Source of the DNA: an uncultured Vicinamibacterales bacterium
Lineage (GTDB): Bacteria > Acidobacteriota > Vicinamibacteria > Vicinamibacterales > 2-12-FULL-66-21
Direction of reading: 5' to 3'
DNA: 59,949 nt
Assembly (NCBI GenBank): GCA_964476725.1
Contig: CAYZBZ010000001.1
Coordinates: 15,649-75,597, forward strand
The translations under genes and the position numbers were made by a program. Each line of letters starts with the position of its first letter. Within the stretch, counting starts at the first letter, position 1. The notes beneath the pieces are model-generated. The model did no database searches. It saw nothing but the letters and a program-made list of their open reading frames with translations, and was not told the origin of the DNA. This document shows positions 36,044 to 44,952 of the stretch, in pieces.

Positions 36044-37753
36044 ATGGCGCGCATCACCCCGCCGCGGTTCGTCGTCCGAACGCTGCTCGTGACCGGTGCG
36101 ACGCTGGCGTTCGTGCTCTCGGCTGTGCTGCTGGTGGTGACGCTGAACGCGCGCGGCAGCGTGCGCGCGGGCGTGCTCGACAAGCTCGAGACGGGGCAGC
36201 GCCTGCTCGCGGCGCTCGAAGAGCGGCGCGCCCAGGAGCTCCGGGCGCAGGTCGAGATGCTCGCGGAGAACTCGACCCTCAAGGCGGCGCTCGATACCTA
36301 CCAGTCGGAAATGCACACCACGACCAGTGCGGTCGGCCGCCAGGAGCTCGTGGCGACCGTCGCGGGCGAGCTGAGGAAGCTGACCGCGCGCATCCAGCCG
36401 GACGTGCTGCTGGTGCGCGACGCCGTGGGCACGCTGGTGGCCGTGTCGGGACGGCGCGCCGGGGAGTGGCCGGCCGACGCACGAGTGGCCTCGCCGGGCG
36501 ACGGGCTGGATGCGACATTCGTCACGATCCCGGCCGGTGTGTTTCGAATCGCCTCTGTCCCGGTCACGCTGCAGAACACCCAGCTCGGAACGCTCCAGCT
36601 CGCGAACGCGCTCGACGAGCGATACGCGCGGGAGCTGTCCGAGTTGTCGGGCGCGCGCACGGTGATCGTCTCGGGCGATCGGGTGACTGCCGCCACGCTG
36701 CCCATGGCCGCCGTGATGGCCCTCACGCCTCAGGTGATCCGCTCGCTGGCCTGGCAGGACGTCGTCACGCTCGCAGACTCCGAATATGCAGTCCGGCAGC
36801 TCGTGCAGCAGGGGGCGGCGCAGGTTTACGTCCTCGACTCGATCGACGTCTCCGCACGACCCGCCGTCAACGAAGCGCTGCGGACGATGGGGGGGATCGC
36901 GCTGGGGGGATTCGCGCTGGCGGGCCTCGCGAGCCTGTGGCTCGCACGGACCATCGCGCGCCCGATCGACAAGCTGTCGACCTCGCTGTCGAAGATGACG
37001 GATTCGCGCGCCTTCGACAACCCTGTCGCGCCGGGGGGCGACAGCCTCGAGGTGGACACGCTGACCGTCGCCTTCAACACGATGATGCACTCGGTCAAGG
37101 CGGCCGAGGCGGAGACGCTCAGCGCGTATCTCGGCACCATCCGCGCGCTGGCGCTCGCGCTCGACGCGCGTGATCCGTATACCTCGGGTCATTCCGAGCG
37201 CGTCAGCGCCGTCTCGCTCGCGATCGGTCGCGGCATGAAGCTCGATGAGACCGAGCTCGAGGTCCTTCGCCTGGGCGCGCTCCTTCACGACATCGGCAAG
37301 ATTGGCATCAGCGACCACGTCCTCATGAAGCCGGGGCCGCTGACGCCTTCGGAATACGAGATCATCAAACAGCATCCCGGCGTGGGCGCGCGCATCCTGC
37401 GCAGCGTGCCCTTCCTGGAGCCGCACATTCCCATCGTCGAGCTGCATCACGAGCGGCCTGACGGGAAGGGGTACCCGCACGGGCTGCAGGGGACCGAGAT
37501 CCCGATGGTCGCCCGCATCGTGCACGTCGCCGACGCGTTCGACGCGATGACGAGCGCGCGCGCGTATCGGCCGGCGCGCGCGACCTCCGAGGGGCTGCGC
37601 GAGCTGTGGAGATGCGCGGGATCGCAGTTCGATGCCGAAGTCGTGCAGGCGCTGGCCAAGGCGTTGCCCGACATCGACATGTCCGCAGCCAAAGGCGAGA
37701 CGCACCTCCGGGCGGCCGCCATCCCCATTTCGTTGAGAGCTCTCCGGGCATGA
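36044..37753 (+). CDS. Membrane HD-GYP domain protein with periplasmic sensor and HAMP-like linker (putative c-di-GMP phosphodiesterase)
   Basis: 569 aa starting directly after the upstream stop. Two TM segments. Motifs 'HSERV', 'LLHDIGKIGI' and 'HHERPDGKGYPHGL'. Confidence 0.85.
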   Translation: MARITPPRFVVRTLLVTGATLAFVLSAVLLVVTLNARGSVRAGVLDKLETGQRLLAALEERRAQELRAQVEMLAENSTLKAALDTYQSEMHTTTSAVGRQELVATVAGELRKLTARIQPDVLLVRDAVGTLVAVSGRRAGEWPADARVASPGDGLDATFVTIPAGVFRIASVPVTLQNTQLGTLQLANALDERYARELSELSGARTVIVSGDRVTAATLPMAAVMALTPQVIRSLAWQDVVTLADSEYAVRQLVQQGAAQVYVLDSIDVSARPAVNEALRTMGGIALGGFALAGLASLWLARTIARPIDKLSTSLSKMTDSRAFDNPVAPGGDSLEVDTLTVAFNTMMHSVKAAEAETLSAYLGTIRALALALDARDPYTSGHSERVSAVSLAIGRGMKLDETELEVLRLGALLHDIGKIGISDHVLMKPGPLTPSEYEIIKQHPGVGARILRSVPFLEPHIPIVELHHERPDGKGYPHGLQGTEIPMVARIVHVADAFDAMTSARAYRPARATSEGLRELWRCAGSQFDAEVVQALAKALPDIDMSAAKGETHLRAAAIPISLRALRA

Positions 37754-38829
37754 GGATCCACAGCCGGCGTCGCATCGCCGTCACCATCGCGGCCGCGATG
37801 AGCGTCGTCTCCTGCGGGCTGCCTGTGACCGCCGGTGCGCAGGAGGTGACGGGCCGGGTTGCGCTGGAAGCTGTGGTCTCGGGGAGCGTCGCGTCGGCCA
37901 CGATGGACGATCCGTTCCTGGTTTTCGACGCAATCGGCACGATCCACGTCGGAGGCGGGTGGGACGCCGTGATCCGCCCGTGGGCGAAACGCCGGGCGGG
38001 CGTTTGGGGCGCGGAGATGTACCAGCTGCAACTGCGCTACACATCGTCCACCCGCCTGCCGTTTCGCTTCGACGCCGGCATCATCTCGTCGCCGCTCGGC
38101 CTTGCCACGCTGGAGCTCAGCGCGGATCGGAATCCGACCATCGGCAGCCCGTTTTATTACTTCGCGCCGCTGCCCGCGTTTGACGGCCGTTTCGATCGCG
38201 TGAACCTGATGTCCGATGGTTATCCGCTCGGCGCCCTCGTCAGCGTGTCCGGAACGCGATGGGATGCGCGTGGCGGCGTGACCGACGGCACGCCCGCACG
38301 AGCGCGCAGCCTGATTAGCGAGTCGCGGGCCGCCGCCGAGCCGCAGGTCGTCGCCGGCGGTGGAGTGACCCCGGTGCCGGGCCTTCGCTTCGGCGCCGGC
38401 TTCGCTCGTGGCGGCTACCGCACGGGCGAACCCATCTCAGGAAAGCCTGCCCCTGCGGCCAGCGCGACGGTGTTCAACCTCGAGGGAGAGTACGCCATCG
38501 GCTACACGCGCGTCGCTGGTGAATGGGTCGTCGGCCGGTTTGAGACCACCATCTCGCCGGCGGTGGCGCGCGGCTTCAACCTGCAGGCCGTCCGCACGCT
38601 GAGCCCCCAATGGTTCGCCGCGGGGCGCGCCGTGCGGGCCTCCTCGCCCGTGCTGTCCGGGCCGGCGCCCGGCCGGCGGACTGCCACGAGTGCCGAAGGG
38701 ACGCTGGGATATCGACTGACGCCGGACTTCACGCTGCGCGGGGGCTACCAGGGCTCCACCGCGTTCAATCGTCCGGACTGGGAACATGCGCTCGTCGTGT
38801 CAGCGGTCTGGGCTCGCCGGTGGTGGTGA
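37750..38829 (+). CDS. Outer-membrane beta-barrel hypothetical protein
   Basis: ATG at 37750 overlaps the HD-GYP stop (ATGA). Signal peptide 'MRIHSRRRIAVTIAAAMSVVSCGLPVTAGA'. Alternating beta pattern with an aromatic C-terminus '...AVWARRWW'. Confidence 0.65.
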   Translation: MRIHSRRRIAVTIAAAMSVVSCGLPVTAGAQEVTGRVALEAVVSGSVASATMDDPFLVFDAIGTIHVGGGWDAVIRPWAKRRAGVWGAEMYQLQLRYTSSTRLPFRFDAGIISSPLGLATLELSADRNPTIGSPFYYFAPLPAFDGRFDRVNLMSDGYPLGALVSVSGTRWDARGGVTDGTPARARSLISESRAAAEPQVVAGGGVTPVPGLRFGAGFARGGYRTGEPISGKPAPAASATVFNLEGEYAIGYTRVAGEWVVGRFETTISPAVARGFNLQAVRTLSPQWFAAGRAVRASSPVLSGPAPGRRTATSAEGTLGYRLTPDFTLRGGYQGSTAFNRPDWEHALVVSAVWARRWW

Positions 38830-38972
38830 CAGCCGCTTCCTTCTTCTGAAGAAACCTCCCGTCATCTTGACTAGAAAGAGTTTCAAAACCTTTCGCGGAC
38901 AGGACCCGCGCGGCAGGGGCAGCGTCGTTGGCCGCGCGCAGTACACTGGCGTGAGGTGGAGAACCCTGAACT

Positions 38973-40073
38973 TTGAACCCCTTGAACCCTGAACCCCTCA
39001 TCGAAGTCCTCCGCAATGCCTGCGTCATGGCCCCGATGACGAAGGGATCGAACCTCCCCTACCGCCAGCTCTGCGTCGAGCTTGGCGCCAGAATCACGAT
39101 GAGTGAGATGACCGTGGCGCGCCGCCTCAAACAGCGGCGGCGCGGCGAGTTCGCCCTGATCCGTCGCGCGCCCGAGGAGCCGTTCTTCGGCGTGCAGCTC
39201 GCCGGAAACGATCCGGACGAGATGGGATGGGCGGCGGAGCTCGTGGAGGGGCGAGGGGCCGACCTCGTCGACGTCAATCTGGGCTGTCCGATCGACCACT
39301 TCACACGCAAAGGGCTGGGCGCCGCGCTCGGCCGCCAGCCAAACCGCGTCCGCCGCATCGTCGAGGCGATGAAGCTCCGCGTGCAACGCATTCCGGTGAC
39401 GGTGAAGATCCGCCTCGGGTGGAACGACAAGTCCAGGAACCATGTCGAGGTTGCCGCGGCCGCGGTCGATGGCGGCGCGGACGCCATCTTCGTGCACGGC
39501 AGGACGCGGCAGGCGCGATACACGATGGCGGCGGACTGGGACGCCATTGGTGAAGTCGCCTCAGCCGTGCGCGTGCCGGTGGTCGGCAACGGCGATTTGC
39601 TGTTCCCCCGCGACATCGATGCGGCGCTGAAGCGCTCGGGATGCGCCGGCGTGATGATCGCCCGAGGCGCGCTCATCAAGCCCTGGGTGTTCAGGGAAGC
39701 GACCCAGGGGGACGAGGACATCTCGCCGGAAGCGCGACTGCGACTCTATCGGCGCTACGTCACGTTCGCCAGGGCGCACTGGGGAGAGGACGAATACGCG
39801 ACGGTCCGCATCCGCGAGTTTCTCCTGTGGCACCTGGGCTTCTGGTGCCGCTACGCGCCGCGGCGGGAGGACGGCAGCTACCCGTCCATGCAGGAACGGC
39901 AGCCGCTCGAACGCCGCACGCCGCTCGAGACGCTGCTCGCGCGAAACGACGAGATCGCTCACGCGTATCTGGCCGACATGCTGCTGTCAGACGCGCCGGT
40001 CGACCCCGAAGCGCCCCCGCCCGCCCCGCCCGGCGCGCGCCCTGTGGACGACGATGCCGTGGAAGCCGGATGA
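38973..40073 (+). CDS. tRNA-dihydrouridine synthase (Dus family)
   Basis: Motifs 'APMTKGSNLPYRQLC', 'FGVQLAGNDP', 'VDVNLGCPIDHFTRKGLGAAL', 'VTVKIRLGW' and 'IFVHGRTR'. The start is uncertain: TTG 38973 lies inside a GAACC repeat, and ATG 39027 is an alternative. Confidence 0.8.
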   Translation: MNPLNPEPLIEVLRNACVMAPMTKGSNLPYRQLCVELGARITMSEMTVARRLKQRRRGEFALIRRAPEEPFFGVQLAGNDPDEMGWAAELVEGRGADLVDVNLGCPIDHFTRKGLGAALGRQPNRVRRIVEAMKLRVQRIPVTVKIRLGWNDKSRNHVEVAAAAVDGGADAIFVHGRTRQARYTMAADWDAIGEVASAVRVPVVGNGDLLFPRDIDAALKRSGCAGVMIARGALIKPWVFREATQGDEDISPEARLRLYRRYVTFARAHWGEDEYATVRIREFLLWHLGFWCRYAPRREDGSYPSMQERQPLERRTPLETLLARNDEIAHAYLADMLLSDAPVDPEAPPPAPPGARPVDDDAVEAG

Positions 40074-40152
40074 CTCAAAACTGACTCAATCACGCCCACT
40101 CACGGTTGCCTTCGCGAACAGCTTCCCCACCGCGCCGTGCGGGCGGAGCGCG

Positions 40153-40174
40153 GGCCGCGAACGGGGCGCCCCGC
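40153..40174. repeat. 22-bp element GGCCGCGAACGGGGCGCCCCGC (left copy, inverted relative to 43683-43704)
   Basis: It is the exact reverse complement of 43683-43704 and contains the 10-bp palindrome GGGGCGCCCC. It lies in the convergent spacer between dus and the ligase fusion. Confidence 0.9.
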
Positions 40175-40191
40175 AAAATGGCGGTGTCCGC

Positions 40192-42960
40192 TCATTGGGA
40201 CGTTCGCGAGACGTGGAGCGCGTCCCACATCGCCACGACTGCGTCGCGCAGCTCGGTCGTCTGCGCGATGTAGTCGGGCCGAGCGGCGGGCGGCAGCGGC
40301 GGCCCGAACTGCACCCGCACGCGCGTGCGGCTCCACGGCAGGAGCGCGCGCCAGCTGAAGGCCTGGCGGCGCGGCCAGATGGTCCAGGCGCCGTCGATCG
40401 CCACCGGCACAATCGGCGCCCCGAGGTAGTGCGACAGGATCGCGGCCCCTTTCCGAAACGTCCGGACGTCGCCGTCAATCGACCGCTCCCCCTCGGGAAA
40501 CAGCACGAGCACCTTCCCACGCCGAAGCCCTTCGGCTCCCATCTGCATCGCGTTGACCAGCTTCGCATCCGGATCGATCGGCACGACGTTCAGCGTGCGC
40601 GCGAGCCAACGCATGAACGGCGTCTCGAAGAAGTCCGCGGCGCCGACGAAGAACAAGTTCCGGAACGCGCTGTACGGCAACGCCGAGACGAGCAGGAAGG
40701 CGTCGATGTAGCTCTGATGGTTCGGGCTGATCAGGTACGGCCCGCGCTTCGGCAGGTGCGCCTGGCCGCTGGCTCGAAGGCCGACCGTCAGTCGGCTGAC
40801 GACATACAGGATCTTCACGAGGACGAAGAGGAGCGCCGCGCGAATCCGCTTCGGCTTCTCGAGCTCCGCGATGAAGGGGTCGCCCCTCATCGGGGTCTGC
40901 AGCAAGCGCTCCCATGGAACCGTCGCCTCGCGCTTTTCGGGCAGGACTTCGACCCGCGATCGCACGGCCTCGACGAGGTCGTCCACGGTGTGAAGCGTCT
41001 GGGCCTCTTCGTCCGTGATCTCGATCCCGAACGTGGTCGTGAGGTGCACGAACAGCTCGACGCGCTCCATCGAGTCGAGCCCCACATCCAGCTCCAGATG
41101 CGCGCCCATCGCCAGCGGCGCATCGGACCGGATCGCCTGGCGCATCTCCGCCAGGACCCGGGCCGCGACAGGGTCGACGCCGGTCTCCTCACCGGACGCA
41201 CCGCCGGCCACGGATGCCTTCGCCGCGATCGCCGCGTCCGCCGCTTCCCTTTCCCGCAGCAGGCGCTCCACCGCAAACCGCTTCAGCTTCCGCGTCGTCG
41301 TCCTTGGCAGCGGGTCGAGCGTGATGTCGTAGCCGAGAATGCGTTTGTGCGGCGGGAGCTGTACGGAAAGCCCTTCGACCTCGAACCTGAGCAGCTCACG
41401 AATGTTGACCATCCCGCGCGCCCGCATGGCGTCGACGTCCGGGTGGACGAGTGCGTGCAGGCGTTCGGCCGCCGGCTCGCCGGGCCGCGTAAGGCCGGCG
41501 ACGCATAGCTCCTTGATGTAGGGAGAGCGCTCGTAATGCGCTTCGATCTCCTCGGGATAGATGTTCTTGCCGGACCCGAGCACGATCACTTCCTTGCTGC
41601 GTCCGGTGATGTGGAGCCGGCCGCCATCATCCAGGTAGCCGAGATCGCCTGTGTGCAGCCACCCGTCGGCAAGCGTGATCGCGTTCTGCTCGGGCCGGTT
41701 GAAATATCCCTCCATGACGATGGCGCCGCGTATCAGCACCTCGCCATCCTCCCTCCCGGCAGCGTCCCCGTTGCCGTCCTTGCCGAGCGCCACCGGCTGC
41801 ACACGCAGCTCGACGCCCGGCAGCGGCTGGCCCACTGACTCGAAGTGCAGATCGCCAGCGCGAGTGATCGTCGCCGCGCCCGAGCACTCCGTCAGGCCGT
41901 ACGCCTGTTGAATCGTGAAGCCGAGGGCGTGCAGCGCCCGGTTCGTGTCCGGATCGAGCCGCGCGCCGCCTGTGACGAGCAGGCGGAGGTCGGGGCCGAC
42001 CGACCGAAGCACGCGGCGGAAGAGCACGCGCCCTGGATTCAGTCCCACGTGACGCCGCACGCGCAGGTTTACCGCAGCGAGGAGACGAGCGAGCATGCGC
42101 GTCGGCGCGGGGAGCGCGCGCATCTCCTCTTCGATCCGCCGGTGCAGCAGGTAGAAGAACTGCGGCACGCAGACGAACGACGTGATCGCGCATTCCTTCA
42201 GCGCCCGCGTCAACTCGCCGCTGTTCACCGACTCGAGAAAGACGACGCGGGTCCCGGCCGAGAATGGGAGCAGCAGATTCGCCATCTGCGCCAGCGCGTG
42301 AAACAGCGGCAGGACGGAGAGCACCGCGTCCTTCTCCGTCACGCCCACCACCTTGAACGCCGCCGCGCGCTCGGCCAGGAGGTTGCCGTGGGTGAGGACG
42401 ACCCCCTTCGGATCCGAGGTCGTCCCCGATGTGTACAGGATGACCGCGGGATCGCTCGAGGTCGCGGGGCAGCCGTCGCCTGCCGGGGCATGAGCGAGCA
42501 CCGAGGCGAACGAGTGATGGACAGACGTTGTGTCGCCGGTGTCCCTCAGCAGGACGATCGCGGGAGGGCTGGGCAGGGTGCGGGCGGCTTCGTTCACAAC
42601 GCCGACATAATCCGCGCTCGTGAAGATGACGCGCGCGCCGCTGTCGAGCAGGAGCGTCGCGACCTGTGCGGCGCTGTAGGCTGTATCGAACGGCACGGCT
42701 GCCGCGCCGGCGCGCAGCACGCCCAGATACGCGGCGCACCAGCTCGCGTCGTTGTCCGCGAGGATCGCCACGCGGTCGCCGCGCGCGACCTTGCGCGACG
42801 CCAGCCACGCGGCCGTGCGCTCCGCCATGTCGCGCAGCTCGCGATACCGCACCTGGTCCGACCGACCGGCGCCCTGCATCTCCACCGCGACGCGGTCGCC
42901 GAAGCGCTCCGCGGCGGACGCAAAGGCGGCGTAGAAGTTCGGGTTCTGGGCTTGTGACAC
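40192..42960 (-). CDS. Tri-domain fusion: fatty-acyl-AMP/CoA ligase + acyl-carrier (PP-binding) domain + PlsC-type lysophospholipid acyltransferase
   Basis: 'YTSGTTSDPKGVVLTH', 'QAYGLTE', 'GWLHTGDLGYLDDGGRLHITGRSKE', then 'LDVGLDSMERVEL' (Ser attachment site), then 'ISPNHQSYIDAFLL' (HX4D) and 'LVLFPEGERS'. I chose the GTG at 42960; the longer track ORF overlaps the opposite-strand gene and a DNA repeat. Confidence 0.85.
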   Translation of the reverse strand: MSQAQNPNFYAAFASAAERFGDRVAVEMQGAGRSDQVRYRELRDMAERTAAWLASRKVARGDRVAILADNDASWCAAYLGVLRAGAAAVPFDTAYSAAQVATLLLDSGARVIFTSADYVGVVNEAARTLPSPPAIVLLRDTGDTTSVHHSFASVLAHAPAGDGCPATSSDPAVILYTSGTTSDPKGVVLTHGNLLAERAAAFKVVGVTEKDAVLSVLPLFHALAQMANLLLPFSAGTRVVFLESVNSGELTRALKECAITSFVCVPQFFYLLHRRIEEEMRALPAPTRMLARLLAAVNLRVRRHVGLNPGRVLFRRVLRSVGPDLRLLVTGGARLDPDTNRALHALGFTIQQAYGLTECSGAATITRAGDLHFESVGQPLPGVELRVQPVALGKDGNGDAAGREDGEVLIRGAIVMEGYFNRPEQNAITLADGWLHTGDLGYLDDGGRLHITGRSKEVIVLGSGKNIYPEEIEAHYERSPYIKELCVAGLTRPGEPAAERLHALVHPDVDAMRARGMVNIRELLRFEVEGLSVQLPPHKRILGYDITLDPLPRTTTRKLKRFAVERLLREREAADAAIAAKASVAGGASGEETGVDPVAARVLAEMRQAIRSDAPLAMGAHLELDVGLDSMERVELFVHLTTTFGIEITDEEAQTLHTVDDLVEAVRSRVEVLPEKREATVPWERLLQTPMRGDPFIAELEKPKRIRAALLFVLVKILYVVSRLTVGLRASGQAHLPKRGPYLISPNHQSYIDAFLLVSALPYSAFRNLFFVGAADFFETPFMRWLARTLNVVPIDPDAKLVNAMQMGAEGLRRGKVLVLFPEGERSIDGDVRTFRKGAAILSHYLGAPIVPVAIDGAWTIWPRRQAFSWRALLPWSRTRVRVQFGPPLPPAARPDYIAQTTELRDAVVAMWDALHVSRTSQ

Positions 42961-43000
42961 GGACCGGCGGATTGTATCCGGCCGATCCCGGCCGCGCAAA

Positions 43001-43036
43001 GGCCGCACGTTCGGCCGCACGTTCGGCCGCACGTTC
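43001..43036. promoter_or_regulatory. Three perfect tandem copies of GGCCGCACGTTC (12 bp)
   Basis: Copies at 43001-12, 43013-24 and 43025-36, located 4 nt upstream of a TTGACA box in the 138-bp divergent spacer. Confidence 0.85.
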
Positions 43037-43040
43037 GGCG

Positions 43041-43069
43041 TTGACAAGGGACCGATACAGGCGCACGAT
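43041..43069 (+). promoter_or_regulatory. Sigma70-type promoter candidate TTGACA -17 nt- CACGAT
   Basis: Perfect -35 at 43041-43046 with a weak -10 at 43064-43069. AGGAGG at 43087-43092 precedes the ATG at 43099. Confidence 0.45.
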
Positions 43070-43098
43070 GGCGCCTTGCTGCAAACAGGAGGTATCGG

Positions 43099-43590
43099 AT
43101 GAAAGCTCGGACTCGTGCGGTTTCGTGTGCCCTCGCAGGTATCCTCGTCAGTATCGCGTTCGCGTCGACCGCTCTTGCCCAGGCGCCGAAGGGGATGGCT
43201 GGCACCTGGACGCTCAACGTGGCCAAGTCCACGTACAACCCTGGACCGGCGCCGAAGAGCATGACCATTGTCTACACGCCCGCCGGCGATTCGATGACAA
43301 TCGCCGTCGAGGTCGTCCCGGCCACCGGCGCCGCTCAGAAGTGGGAAATGACCGGCGCGTACGACGGCAAGGAACACTCCGTCATCGGCAACCCCGAGGT
43401 CGACACCATCTCGTTCAAGAGCATCGACGACACCACCGGCGAGAGCACGTTCAAGAAGGGTGGAAAGGTGACGGCCGTGAACACGCGCGTCCTCTCCGCC
43501 GATGGGAAGACGCTGACCATCACCACCAAAGGCACAACCGCCGACGGGAAGCCGCGCAGCGACGTCGCGGTCTACGAAAAGCAGCCGTAG
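43099..43590 (+). CDS. Small secreted beta-rich protein (lipocalin/avidin-like guess), hypothetical
   Basis: 163 aa with a strong RBS. Signal peptide 'MKARTRAVSCALAGILVSIAFASTALAQA', followed by alternating beta-strand pattern. Confidence 0.75.
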   Translation: MKARTRAVSCALAGILVSIAFASTALAQAPKGMAGTWTLNVAKSTYNPGPAPKSMTIVYTPAGDSMTIAVEVVPATGAAQKWEMTGAYDGKEHSVIGNPEVDTISFKSIDDTTGESTFKKGGKVTAVNTRVLSADGKTLTITTKGTTADGKPRSDVAVYEKQP

Positions 43591-43682
43591 AGTTCGGAGC
43601 GGTCAGGGAGATTAGGGATTACAGCCCCACTTGGTGCTCGGACCGAAAAGCGCTTGTCACGTGAGACGGTCCTGCGCGCCAA

Positions 43683-43704
43683 GCGGGGCGCCCCGTTCGC
43701 GGCC
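43683..43704. repeat. 22-bp element GCGGGGCGCCCCGTTCGCGGCC (right copy)
   Basis: Exact reverse complement of 40153-40174. It lies about 90 nt downstream of the stop of gene 43099-43590. Confidence 0.9.
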
Positions 43705-43898
43705 ACCCGCGTGCGGCTTTGCCCCTTGCTGCGCTCATCACCACGGCCTGTCCGCCAGAATCTCAGTCATTCTCAGACGAGCAAATAGGGCACGTGGCAG
43801 ATTCTGCGATCTGGATCTCGAACACCCGTCAGCGTGATTGCGCGCTCTTGTCCGGCCCGCCTCGAAAACGCACACAATCACGGCGCCCTTCGGGAGGC

Positions 43899-44243
43899 AT
43901 GCATCGTGCTCGTCACCATCGTCGTCCTGAGGTGATGGACGATGGTAGACTCGCGGAAAGGCGGAGCGATGACCGAGACCGACTTCCCTTCGAGACGTTC
44001 GAGCAGAAGGTGGACCGCCGCTTTGCCGAGGTGACCGACGCGCTGGTCGAACTGCGCGAGTACACCGAGCTTGGGTACTCGCGCCTTGACGCCAAACTGG
44101 ATGGCGTTGACGTAAAAGTCGACCGCCTCGATGCGAAGCTGGCCGGCGTTGACACGAATGTGGAGCGGCTCGCATCGAAGATGACCACGCGTTTCGGGCG
44201 GCTTGAGCGGAAACTGGATCAGTTCATCGACACCCAACTTTAG
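43899..44243 (+). CDS. Small coiled-coil protein with 'LDAKL.GVD..V.RL' repeats
   Basis: The C-terminal about 100 aa are clearly protein-like ('FEQKVDRRFAEVTDALVELREYTELGYSRLDAKLDGVDVKVDRLDAKLAGVDTNVERL...'). The start is uncertain (ATG 43899 or 43935). Confidence 0.5.
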   Translation: MHRARHHRRPEVMDDGRLAERRSDDRDRLPFETFEQKVDRRFAEVTDALVELREYTELGYSRLDAKLDGVDVKVDRLDAKLAGVDTNVERLASKMTTRFGRLERKLDQFIDTQL

Positions 44244-44301
44244 ACGAACCGTCTCGTGGAGCGCCGCCTTGGCGCCGCAAGCGCCGCCGTCAGACGCTCA
44301 G

Positions 44302-44748
44302 CTATAGCCTGACGAGCGTCACGCCCGGATTGGCGGGATGCAGGCGGAAGGCGCGTACCGACGGCAGCTGGGCCAGGCGTCCATGCACTGCGGCCTTCAC
44401 CCTGCCGCCACTGCGCCCGTGAATCACCCGCACCTCGGCGCAGCCATCCAGGAGCGCGTCATTGAGGAATGCGTCAAGCGCATCGACCGCTTCGAGAACC
44501 GTTTTGCCGTGCAGGTCGAGTGCGCGCGAGGGGGTCGGGGTGACAGCGGCAGGATCCGGCGCGCTCGTTTTCGCTGCGGGCCGCTTCGTGGCGCGGCGCT
44601 CCGGCGCAGGCTCCAGCTGGCTGCCCACTACGACCATCGAGCGGCCTTTCAGCTCGATCAGGTACCGGCCGCCGTTGCGGACTTCCCGCACGATGCCGGT
44701 ACCGAGCGTCGCTATATGAACGCGATCGCCGGGGACGAACGTCTTCAT
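44302..44748 (-). CDS. Stand-alone KOW-like + Smr (MutS2 C-terminal-like) domain protein
   Basis: 148 aa. N-terminal 'GDRVHIATLGTGIVREVRNGGRYLIELKGRSMVV' (KOW/SH3-like) and C-terminal 'LDLHGKTVLEAVDALDAFLNDALLDGCAEVRVIHGRSGG..KAAVHGRL' (Smr). Confidence 0.85.
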   Translation of the reverse strand: MKTFVPGDRVHIATLGTGIVREVRNGGRYLIELKGRSMVVVGSQLEPAPERRATKRPAAKTSAPDPAAVTPTPSRALDLHGKTVLEAVDALDAFLNDALLDGCAEVRVIHGRSGGRVKAAVHGRLAQLPSVRAFRLHPANPGVTLVRL

Positions 44749-44757
44749 ACTGGAATC

Positions 44758-44952
44758 TCACGTGAGTCGGGACGTGGAGCTCCAGAAAGATCCTGCCTGA
44801 TTCAGAGCCTTCACGTCGACGCCGTACAACGCGGCCAGGTCCGAATCGAGCATGACGTTCTGACCGCGGATCCTCAGAACCGCGCGCTGAATCTCGTTGG
44901 ACAGCGACCAACGCGCGAACCACAACCGCGTCGAGCTGCGCCAGTGCATCAA
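44758..44952 (-). pseudogene. Truncated ORF6N-domain (KilA-N-like) gene fragment
   Basis: 'LRIRGQNVMLDSDLAALYGVDVKALNQA' matches the N-terminal half of ORF6N domains as I remember them. The ORF ends after 64 aa, 9 nt before the Smr start, and overlaps the GHKL stop. Confidence 0.6.

Noticed and set aside
42961-43377. N-terminal extension of the ligase-ACP-PlsC ORF containing 'NVRPNVRPNVRP'.
   Set aside because: The peptide repeat is just the translation of the 12-bp DNA repeat in the divergent promoter spacer. The extension also overlaps the well-supported plus-strand gene at 43099-43590. The AMP-ligase homology begins at the GTG at 42960.
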